From Candidatus Woesearchaeota archaeon (GTDB lineage Archaea; Nanobdellota; Nanobdellia; Pacearchaeales; GW2011-AR1), in the NCBI GenBank assembly GCA_964448605.1, contig CAYUZV010000001.1, forward strand, positions 8,693 through 72,692: DNA of 64,000 nucleotides, in the 5' to 3' direction. The notes under the pieces were generated by a model. The model was not told the DNA's origin. It saw only the letters and a program-made list of their open reading frames with translations, and searched no databases. The translations under genes and the position numbers were made by a program. Within the stretch, counting starts at the first letter, position 1. Every line of letters starts with the position of its first letter. Shown here in pieces: positions 26,782 through 34,524 of this stretch.

Positions 26782-27186
26782 ATGGTTGAAAATAATTTAG
26801 ATATTTATCCAGAGAGATTTGATTTGGAAGATGGAAGGTTTTCTTTTCTTTTTGCTTCAGTAGGTTGTAGTATTGAGGGTTATTTGAATGGGCAAGATGT
26901 TGATTATAAAGATTTGGAAAGGGCAGGAAATATTTTAAAAGATTTTGGAGAGAGTGATTCAGAAAGTTTTTATTTGGAATTTTTATCAAATATTATTGAG
27001 GAGTGCGAAGATTCTGAAATTAATTATAGGCATGTGAGAGATTATGTTTTTGGAAGAGGTTTAGATTTTTTAAAATTTGATAGATTAGAAGATGATTCTA
27101 AGGAACGTTTAAGGGATTTTTCAATTGTTTTATCAAGAAAAGCAAGAGAATATAGAAATTATTATTTTAAAGGCGTTAGTTTGTGA
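26782..27186 (+). CDS. Hypothetical protein, second tandem paralog.
   Basis: Begins MVENNLDIYPERF. The same 42-nt upstream and start sequence as the first paralog, with 1 mismatch. Confidence 0.4.
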   Translation: MVENNLDIYPERFDLEDGRFSFLFASVGCSIEGYLNGQDVDYKDLERAGNILKDFGESDSESFYLEFLSNIIEECEDSEINYRHVRDYVFGRGLDFLKFDRLEDDSKERLRDFSIVLSRKAREYRNYYFKGVSL

Positions 27187-27544
27187 TTATTTTGGGATAT
27201 TTTGTTGAAAGAGGTTTGATTATGTTTTGGAGTATGTCTTCTTTTAAGTCAGGAGATTTAATATTTTTTAATTTGTTTTTTATAAATTTCCAAGTTTTGA
27301 TATCAAATTCTTTTTTGTAAAGTTTTAGGGTTTGTATTGCAAGTGTTTTTTCAAGTTCTTTTGAAGAATTCCAGAGTTTGTTGAAAATTTTGTAGAATTC
27401 TTCTAAAGAATGTTCCTCGTATAATATTTTTGAAAGTGTTTTTAATTCTGGAAGTTTTGTTTTGTAGAATTTATGATTTGTTTTAATGTAATCTTTTATA
27501 TCTTTTTCAATCTCTTTATTATTCAATTTCTGCAATGATTTCAT
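27176..27544 (-). CDS. Hypothetical helical protein.
   Basis: 122 aa, K/E-rich. Tightly packed upstream of the L31e gene. Confidence 0.3.
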   Translation of the reverse strand: MKSLQKLNNKEIEKDIKDYIKTNHKFYKTKLPELKTLSKILYEEHSLEEFYKIFNKLWNSSKELEKTLAIQTLKLYKKEFDIKTWKFIKNKLKNIKSPDLKEDILQNIIKPLSTKYPKIITN

Positions 27545-27545
27545 C

Positions 27546-28094
27546 TTATTTTGCTATTGGATCTTGGTCAACCACTTTTTTATCTTTGGAAATATGCTTT
27601 TTTTCCTTAGCTTCTTTGTCTGCCTTTTTTTCTGATTCTTCTTCTGATGATTCTATTGCTTCTTTTTCAGTTTTTTCTTCAGCAGGTTTTATTTTCTCTT
27701 CTATTGCCTTTCTTTCATCTGCTTTTTCTTTTACTTTCTTTTTTATTTTTTCAGATTTTTTTTCATCTCTTGTTTTTTTGAATTTTAAAGGGTCTGGAAG
27801 TTTTGCAAGTTCTACATTCACTATTCCGTCTGAAGATTTTTTTGCTTTTACTTCAATTTTTGCAGGCGGTTTTTTCATACCTTTATATCGTATTTCATTG
27901 TTTAAATTTATGTCAAGTTTTACTTTTTTTAAATCTCTATCATAAATCTTCATATGTTTTGCAATAAATTTTTTTAATGCTTTAACTGCTTTTGTTGCTC
28001 TTTTATATTCAGGAACTTTTAACCATTCTTTTCTAAGTGGAACTATATAAGTTCTTTCAGATTCTATTTTTGGAGTTTCTGGTTTAGTTGCCAT
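27546..28094 (-). CDS. rpl31e: Ribosomal protein L31e with a K/E-rich C-terminal extension.
   Basis: N-terminal 90 aa match L31e (ERTYIVPLRK...KATKAVKALKKFIAKHMK...LNNEIRYKG). Remaining 90 aa are a low-complexity K/E tail. Sits in the conserved archaeal L39e-L31e neighbourhood. Confidence 0.65.
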   Translation of the reverse strand: MATKPETPKIESERTYIVPLRKEWLKVPEYKRATKAVKALKKFIAKHMKIYDRDLKKVKLDINLNNEIRYKGMKKPPAKIEVKAKKSSDGIVNVELAKLPDPLKFKKTRDEKKSEKIKKKVKEKADERKAIEEKIKPAEEKTEKEAIESSEEESEKKADKEAKEKKHISKDKKVVDQDPIAK

Positions 28095-28095
28095 T

Positions 28096-28302
28096 TTATC
28101 CTAATTGTTTTTTTCTTTGTCTTCTTGGTTTAATTTTTAATTTTGTTCTTCTCCAGTTTCTTCTATTTGATGTGATTGATGAAGGATGCATTCTTTTTCC
28201 TGGTCCGAATTTTTTTAGAATTGTCCAGACAGGAGCCCATCTGGTTCTTTTATTTGCTTTGCTTAATTTTATTTTCTTTTGATATCTTCTTTTTATTGGC
28301 AT
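28096..28302 (-). CDS. rpl39e: Ribosomal protein L39e.
   Basis: Basic protein of 68 aa (KKIKLSKANKRTRWAPVWTILKKFG...RRNWRRTKLKI). Adjacent to L31e as in most archaea. Confidence 0.65.
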   Translation of the reverse strand: MPIKRRYQKKIKLSKANKRTRWAPVWTILKKFGPGKRMHPSSITSNRRNWRRTKLKIKPRRQRKKQLG

Positions 28303-28475
28303 TTTATTATTCTTTCCTGTGTTTTAGTATTCTTCCTCCCTTCTTTGATATTTTTAGTGCTTCTTTCTTCTCTTGAACCTATTTCTCCCTGAACAATATG
28401 AAAATATAGGTTTGTTCCAGTAACAAATCCGTAATAACCTTCTTCTTTTTTTCTGTTCATACATAAGCATCCCAT
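28293..28475 (-). CDS. Small hypothetical protein between S19e and L39e.
   Basis: 60-aa ORF in the position where many archaea carry a small conserved gene. No motif recognised. Confidence 0.2.
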   Translation of the reverse strand: MGCLCMNRKKEEGYYGFVTGTNLYFHIVQGEIGSREERSTKNIKEGRKNTKTQERIIKCQ

Positions 28476-28476
28476 T

Positions 28477-28890
28477 TTATTTAACTCCCTCTAAAAGTTC
28501 TTTTCCTTTATCAGTAAGTTTTCTGCCTGCTCTTTTTCCTGACTCTTTTGATTTTTCTAAAACTCCAGCATTTTCTGCTTGTTGGATAATTGTTCTTATT
28601 ATTTTTCCACTTGCTTTTTTAAATCTTTCAGGTTTATATCCTCTGTTTTTTTTGCTCCCATATCTTGTTCTTAATCTGTTAACTCCAACTACATTATTTA
28701 GATAAATCTGTCTTAGAATACTTGATGCTCTTTTGTGCCAGAAATTTTTTTCTTGAGGAGGTCTTTTTTTACTTGTTCCTGTTTTAACAAAAAAACTCCA
28801 TTCAGGTTGTTCAAATTCAGGCATACTTTTCAGTATTTCTGCTAATTTTTGATTATATTCTCCTGCTTGTAATTCATATACTGGATTCAT
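28477..28890 (-). CDS. rps19e: Ribosomal protein S19e.
   Basis: 137 aa. PEWSFFVKTGTSKKRPPQ...WHKRASSILRQIYLNNVVGVNRLRTRYG is a close match to S19e. Confidence 0.75.
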   Translation of the reverse strand: MNPVYELQAGEYNQKLAEILKSMPEFEQPEWSFFVKTGTSKKRPPQEKNFWHKRASSILRQIYLNNVVGVNRLRTRYGSKKNRGYKPERFKKASGKIIRTIIQQAENAGVLEKSKESGKRAGRKLTDKGKELLEGVK

Positions 28891-29021
28891 TTTAATTAGG
28901 CATTCCTTTCGGAATTAGATAAGTTTTTAACTTAAACCTGAGTATAGGTTAGAAAGAAGGTTTATAAATGTTGTTGTTGAGGTGAAATTTGTTTTTAAAT
29001 TAATGATGTTGTAAATTATAT

Positions 29022-31082
29022 CTATTTCTCAGCACTCTGTTCTTTCTTTTGTCTCTCTAAAAAATTTCTTATAAATTCTTTGTTTTTTTCATAATCAATT
29101 ACCTTTTTTATTTCATAAACCTCTCCTTCACCAATCTCTTTTTTATCTGCTTTTATTTCAGAGATTCCTTTTTTGTAAGATTCTTTTGTTACTAAGATTT
29201 GTTTATCAGATGCATCTGCTAATCTCTTTGCAGTGCTTATAAAATTGCCTAATGCTGTAAATTTTAATTTTTTATTTTCTATTTTGCTTACAATATCTCC
29301 TGAATTTATTCCAATCCCAAATTCAAACTTGTCATTGAATTTTTTATTGTGTTCTTTTAAGAAAAGTGCTATTTTTTCAGCACATTTTGCTGCGACTCCT
29401 TCATTTTTGTTTGATTTTGTCATTACAGGACTGAAAATCATATATAAATAATCTCCTTGTTCATAAATCGCTCCTTTGTTTTTGTAAACACATTCAACTG
29501 CTTTTTCCAAACTTTTTTTAGAATTATCATTTATTTTATTTTTTATTTTTAAAACAATTGCTACTGCCTTGTTTTTATCTCCTTTTGCAACTAATCCTTG
29601 TTCTGCTTGATTTGGTGCTTTTAGAGTTTCTTTTGTTTTTACAGATGTTTTGTTTTTTTTCTTTTTAAAAAAAGGATATGCAAATGATTTTTTCTTAAAT
29701 ATATTTCTGAATAGGAATAGTGTTCCTGCTCCAAGAATAAGAATGAAAAAAATCCAGACAATTGGTGTTTTTAGTGCCATTGAACCTGTTTCTTTAATGT
29801 CTCTTACACTAACTGCATTTCCAGTTAAAACAACTCCTCCTTGGTTTAGTTCGTTTTCTCCATCACTTATTCTTATATTATATTCTTCTCCTGAACCTGT
29901 TAATTTGAATTCTTTGCTGTTTCCTAATTCAAGTTCAACTTTTTTTACAAAAGGTTTGCCATTTAATTCTATTTGAATGTCTTTTTGGTAAGGTATGTTT
30001 CCAATGTTTTTGACAATTAAGCTATTGTTAATTAATTCAAAAGAAGCTATTTCTTTTTCATTTATGTAGAATTTTTTTATATTGTTTACATCTTTGCTTG
30101 ATGCTTCTATTTCATAATATCCTGATGTTTGATTGAATGGTATTTTGAAAAATACTGTTTCGTCTGATTGGACTATTTTTTCAAATATTCTTTCAGATTG
30201 TGAGTTTCTTATAATTACAGAAATTTCGTCTGGAATTAGGTTTCCAGTTTGGTCTAAAAGTATTGGTTTGAATTGGAGTTCTTCTCCAGGGTTAATGTTT
30301 TGATTATTTAATGCGATGTCTGCTTCTGTTAGTATCTGAAAGATTTCCAGATTTGCCATTGCTATTCCCTCGCTTGCTCTTGTTCCTGAAACTTGCTCGT
30401 AAACAAGTGCATCTATTCGATATTCTCCTGCCGGAGATTCATAAGGAATTTGAATATCTACTGAAAAAAAACCTTCGTCTACTTTTCCATAAAATTTTCC
30501 AGCTTCAATATCAGGAGTTATTGAATTTGTTGTTTCTTCTGTTTGATTTGTTTGATTGTTTTCTTCCTGGATTTCAGGTTCTTCTGTGATTGTTTCTAGA
30601 ATAGTTAAAAGAGGAATTGTTACTTCAACATTTCCATTTGCTGGAGCTCCATTTATTTTTTTTGCATTTCCTGAGATTGTTAGAGTTTCTCCAGGATTTG
30701 CATAAAATGATTCTGTGTCTAAATAAACTTCTAATGCATTTGAGATTTTGAATTTTCGGCTTTCTTGTGATTCTTGGTCATACTCTGTGTAGAGGTGACA
30801 TTCTCCGTTTGCTTCATTTATTGTATGAAAATTTAAAGGTAATTTAATTTCGACTATTCCCTCTTCTGAAGGGAGTAGATTAAAACTTATTACATTAGTG
30901 CCAGTGCATATTAAATCAGTTTTAATTAAGTGTCCTTCTTTTATTAAGTCTACATTTACTTCAACATCAATTCTATCACCGAGATTGTAAGTTGGCTGAA
31001 TATTATCATAGTAAATTCCTGCCTGTATAAACTGGATTACTAAGGACAAGATTATAATTATTAACAAACTTCTCTTTTTCAT
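29022..31082 (-). CDS. Receptor-like membrane protein. Signal peptide, extracellular domain of about 430 aa, one TM helix, and an intracellular class III nucleotidyl-cyclase-homology (CHD) domain that looks degenerate.
   Basis: Signal MKKRSLLIIIILSLVIQFIQAG. TM helix TPIVWIFFILILGAGTLFLF. C-terminal region aligns by eye to the CHD consensus: AVAIVLKIKN vs VxxLFADIxGFT (first metal Asp replaced by Lys), QGDYLYMIF vs IGDAYMVAF, FEFGIGINSGDIV vs LRIGIHTGPVV, KFTALGNFISTAKRLAD vs EYTVIGDTVNLASRLE. Confidence 0.5.
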   Translation of the reverse strand: MKKRSLLIIIILSLVIQFIQAGIYYDNIQPTYNLGDRIDVEVNVDLIKEGHLIKTDLICTGTNVISFNLLPSEEGIVEIKLPLNFHTINEANGECHLYTEYDQESQESRKFKISNALEVYLDTESFYANPGETLTISGNAKKINGAPANGNVEVTIPLLTILETITEEPEIQEENNQTNQTEETTNSITPDIEAGKFYGKVDEGFFSVDIQIPYESPAGEYRIDALVYEQVSGTRASEGIAMANLEIFQILTEADIALNNQNINPGEELQFKPILLDQTGNLIPDEISVIIRNSQSERIFEKIVQSDETVFFKIPFNQTSGYYEIEASSKDVNNIKKFYINEKEIASFELINNSLIVKNIGNIPYQKDIQIELNGKPFVKKVELELGNSKEFKLTGSGEEYNIRISDGENELNQGGVVLTGNAVSVRDIKETGSMALKTPIVWIFFILILGAGTLFLFRNIFKKKSFAYPFFKKKKNKTSVKTKETLKAPNQAEQGLVAKGDKNKAVAIVLKIKNKINDNSKKSLEKAVECVYKNKGAIYEQGDYLYMIFSPVMTKSNKNEGVAAKCAEKIALFLKEHNKKFNDKFEFGIGINSGDIVSKIENKKLKFTALGNFISTAKRLADASDKQILVTKESYKKGISEIKADKKEIGEGEVYEIKKVIDYEKNKEFIRNFLERQKKEQSAEK

Positions 31083-31121
31083 AGTTAATTAAAATAAGAG
31101 GTATATTTAAAGGTTGCGAAG

Positions 31122-31460
31122 TTATTTATCAGAATCAATTAATGCAATTATTCCACCAATTAGTGCAAGAATTCCAATAAGTGAGCTTATTGATAAAACA
31201 CCTACAACTATAGCAATTATTGCACCTGTTCTGACTGTTTTGGGATTTTTCATTTTTTCAGATGCATTCCAAAGCAATAATCCTATTGCAAAGATTATTA
31301 GAGAGATTAGTAAAATTATAAATATTAAATTAAAAGGCAGTCCTTGGTATAGGGACAATCCTATGATTAATATTATTCCTAATAATAGGATTATTCCTGC
31401 AGTTATGAGATTTATGATTGCTGCGATTTTTGTTAATAGAGCACCTGTTTTGCTTTTCAT
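31122..31460 (-). CDS. Small integral membrane protein with 3-4 TM helices.
   Basis: Strongly hydrophobic helices. Preferred over the overlapping plus-strand ORF on genomic context. Confidence 0.3.
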   Translation of the reverse strand: MKSKTGALLTKIAAIINLITAGIILLLGIILIIGLSLYQGLPFNLIFIILLISLIIFAIGLLLWNASEKMKNPKTVRTGAIIAIVVGVLSISSLIGILALIGGIIALIDSDK

Positions 31461-31490
31461 AATTGTGTAGGGAGAATAAAGTTTATAAAA

Positions 31491-31709
31491 TTAAGGTTTC
31501 ACTAAATTTTCTAATTCTCCTCTTATTTCTTCTAAAGATGTTTCTTGATTTATTTCATTTAAAATATGATTTATTGCTAAGGTGTATCCATAATAGCATG
31601 CTCGGGTGTATGCTCCTGTTCCAGTCATTACCTTTGTTCCTTTTTCATTTGGTTTTGTTTCTTGTTTTATTTTTCTTTTATAGAAATCTATTTGGTTGGT
31701 GAAAATCAT
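31491..31709 (-). CDS. Hypothetical small protein.
   Basis: 72 aa of diverse composition. Same strand as neighbours. Confidence 0.2.
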   Translation of the reverse strand: MIFTNQIDFYKRKIKQETKPNEKGTKVMTGTGAYTRACYYGYTLAINHILNEINQETSLEEIRGELENLVKP

Positions 31710-32048
31710 TTTTAATAAACCTCCTTTCAGATATTTTTAGAGAATTCAGAAACAGGTTATAAATCTTAGAGAACATTTTATTCAGAGAGATTAATTAAGA
31801 TTAATCTATAATAGAAGTAAAGCTAGTAAATTTAGTTTTTTTAGAACTTGGTTTTTACTAAGCATTATTTTTTTAGGCGAAGAGAGTTTTTAAGTTTGTT
31901 GGTTTTGAAATTGTATGGTTTCACATTTGACATTTGTTGAACTGTTTCGCAAAAATATCTGTATCTGGTAAATATTATTCGTTTCGTTAGGAACTCTTAT
32001 GAAAGGGCTTGGTTGGACTTATCTTTTAGATAACTGATATAATCAGTT

Positions 32049-33995
32049 TTATTGATTTGGTGTTCCTGACATTCGGCTTCCGCCTCCTGGAATTTCTCCA
32101 CCTAATTCCATTGGCAGTGTATGGAATCCTGCTCCGTATGTTTGGTGATGTATTGATGGATTTATTGTTCCGTGTCCTCCATAATATGGTCCGAAAGATG
32201 CCATTGCCTGATTCCAGAAAGGACCTGCCATTCCAGAGTATATTGGTGAACCTCCACTTTCTAATGTATAAATAAATGGGCTTGTTTGGAAATGCTGGAA
32301 AAAATTTCCACCTTCAAAAATCCTTTTACCCTTGAATCCACCTTTTTTTAATTCTTCTAAAATATCTTTCATTGGAAGATTTCCCATTCCAGGGGGGAGG
32401 TCTGTGTGTGTTGAACCAAAATTGTCATTGTAGTGGAGGTGTTTTACAAATGGTGCAATTTCCTTTGTCTCTTTTGTAATTTGTTCAGGACCAAAACCTT
32501 GTTTTCTCATCATAGAAATGTGAGAGGTGTCCCATGTGGCTCCAATTAATCTTTTTGCTGCTGCTTCTGCTTCTTTTTTTGATTTACCTTGCTTGATTAA
32601 TTTGTCTTGGAAATTTTTTCTTGTTTTTTGGATTAATTCTTTTAATTCTTTTCCTGATGAAAGAGCATATCCGTAAAGTGGATTTTCAACACTCAGTATT
32701 GGTGCTTTTTCTCCGTATTTTTCATAAGCATGAAGTGCAGTATTTGCCAGAGTTTCACTTGATTTTTCATTTGTGAATTTTTCTATTGGGACGAATTGTT
32801 GGGGAATTGGTATACTTCCAAAACCTTCCAGAGTTTCATCAAATAATTGAGATTGTTTTAAAATAATTTCAGGTTTTCTTTTTCTGTATTCTTGAGGGTT
32901 ATTATATTGTAAATTAAACTCTTCTTCAGAATTTTTATTCCATTTCCTTTGTATTACCTTTAAATAGTCTCTTACTTTTACTACTTTTCCAGTCTTAGGG
33001 TCTTTTATACCTTCTCCTGTTTGAGGGTTTCTTAATAAAGGGTCATCTAATTCACTAAATCTTGCAGCTTTTTCAAAGGTATTCTGCAAACTCATTTGAA
33101 CATTTTCTAAAAATCTTTCTGCTCTGTCTAATTCTTTTAATGCAGGTTGATAATATTCTTGTTCTTCTGTTGTTATTTTTTCACCCTTTGATACTTTTTC
33201 TAAATAAGGGATTAATTGAGGTTGGACTCTTCGTATTATTTCATCTGCCTCTTTTTTATAAAAATCAATTTCCCGAATATTATTCCTCCATTGGCTTGTA
33301 TTTACCATTTTTAATCTTCTTTCTGGGTCAAATATTTGTCCTTTTGCTTTTTTTCCTTCTAAATTTGTTTCTTCTGGGAAATAAGTGTAATCTCTTTCTA
33401 ATGCAGTTGGTTTTCCTGTTTGTTGGTCAATTACAACTAATCTTCCTATTTCAGGACCTTTTCCTTTTTTTTGTTCTGGAATTAATTCTGTTCCAGGAAG
33501 TTCGTGAGATGCATGGACTGTTACAGGCATGTTTCCTTTTGGACTTAGCTCTTGTGCTCTTGCTATTATTGTTTTAAATTGTTCTTCTGCTGATTCTCTA
33601 TTTTGCTCTGACCATCCTTGCTGTGTGATTCCAGAAGGTTCAATTAGAGGTGCATGAAGTGTTGATTCTGCTCCTGTTAATTCATTTAATCTTTTAATTT
33701 CATTTAAATGTCCTTTGGGCATCATTTCAAAAACTTCAGGGTTGATTACAGAAACTTCAGTTGTTTTCATTCCTTGATTAAGTAGTTTAGAAACTTCTTT
33801 TAATTGATTAGAGGTTTGAATTGAAGTTGTTCCTCCCATTTCTCCAACTGGAACTCTGTAACCCATAAAGTTATAACTAGGGTCAAGAAGATAAGTTGTG
33901 CCTGGATAAATAGATTCATATGATACCATCTTTTTATTAAAAGGTTTGGATTGTTTATATATTTTTGGGAGTAGATTATAGAAATATTTAAACAT
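32049..33995 (-). CDS. Large uncharacterised protein with a divergent xylose-isomerase-like / endonuclease-IV-like TIM-barrel split by an insertion of about 300 aa, plus a G/P-rich C-terminal tail. Last gene of the five-gene operon.
   Basis: By-eye correspondence to AP-endonuclease-2 / sugar-phosphate-isomerase TIM-barrel motifs: YRVPVGEMGG (~VGAHVSAAGG), TLHAPL, VTVHASHE, TWDTSH (~DTCH), VKHLHYNDNFG...PPGMGNLPMKDILEELKKGGFKGKRIFE (~HLHLND...GEG.I.........GY.G....E). C-terminal tail GGEIPGGGSRMSGTPNQ. No overall family match recognised. Confidence 0.4.
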   Translation of the reverse strand: MFKYFYNLLPKIYKQSKPFNKKMVSYESIYPGTTYLLDPSYNFMGYRVPVGEMGGTTSIQTSNQLKEVSKLLNQGMKTTEVSVINPEVFEMMPKGHLNEIKRLNELTGAESTLHAPLIEPSGITQQGWSEQNRESAEEQFKTIIARAQELSPKGNMPVTVHASHELPGTELIPEQKKGKGPEIGRLVVIDQQTGKPTALERDYTYFPEETNLEGKKAKGQIFDPERRLKMVNTSQWRNNIREIDFYKKEADEIIRRVQPQLIPYLEKVSKGEKITTEEQEYYQPALKELDRAERFLENVQMSLQNTFEKAARFSELDDPLLRNPQTGEGIKDPKTGKVVKVRDYLKVIQRKWNKNSEEEFNLQYNNPQEYRKRKPEIILKQSQLFDETLEGFGSIPIPQQFVPIEKFTNEKSSETLANTALHAYEKYGEKAPILSVENPLYGYALSSGKELKELIQKTRKNFQDKLIKQGKSKKEAEAAAKRLIGATWDTSHISMMRKQGFGPEQITKETKEIAPFVKHLHYNDNFGSTHTDLPPGMGNLPMKDILEELKKGGFKGKRIFEGGNFFQHFQTSPFIYTLESGGSPIYSGMAGPFWNQAMASFGPYYGGHGTINPSIHHQTYGAGFHTLPMELGGEIPGGGSRMSGTPNQ

Positions 33996-34494
33996 CTCTT
34001 AATCTGAAATCCTTTTCTTTTTGTTCAAATGGAAGAGGTCCTGAATCTTGTTGAAATCCTGGTGTGTAGTTTTGGTTTTGATTGTTCATTCCTGGATAAT
34101 TTGTTGCTGAAGCTCTCATATCAACATCTCTTTGAAATCCAGGTGCTCCTCGATTTATTGCACTTATTCCTGTATTTTGAGGAGAGGTTTCATATTCTGT
34201 ATTGTTGTTTTCTTCATAAGGATTGTTTGTTTCCTGATAAGTATTCTGAATTCCTGTGTAAGGGTTTAAATTGTTTTCTTCTTGTTCATCATTTCTTCTT
34301 ATTCTTACATTTCTTAATCCTTGTTCTAAATCTGTAATTGGTTCTGTGTCCAGAGTGTGTTGGGGATTTTCAGTTCTTCTGAATGGAGTGAATGTTGTAG
34401 TTTCATCTATGATGTTTTCTAGTTCTTCGTCAAGGTCTTCATCTTCAGATTCCTCTTCAAAATCTTCATCCTCTTGTGATTCTTCTTCTTCCAT
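33988..34494 (-). CDS. Highly acidic, N/Q/E-rich intrinsically disordered protein. Fourth gene of the operon.
   Basis: MEEEESQEDEDFEEESEDEDLDEELEN... then N/Q/T/Y/P-rich low complexity. 8-nt overlap with the downstream gene. Confidence 0.4.
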   Translation of the reverse strand: MEEEESQEDEDFEEESEDEDLDEELENIIDETTTFTPFRRTENPQHTLDTEPITDLEQGLRNVRIRRNDEQEENNLNPYTGIQNTYQETNNPYEENNNTEYETSPQNTGISAINRGAPGFQRDVDMRASATNYPGMNNQNQNYTPGFQQDSGPLPFEQKEKDFRLRDV

Positions 34495-34524
34495 GATTAA
34501 TTAAAGATATACAAATATAAATAA

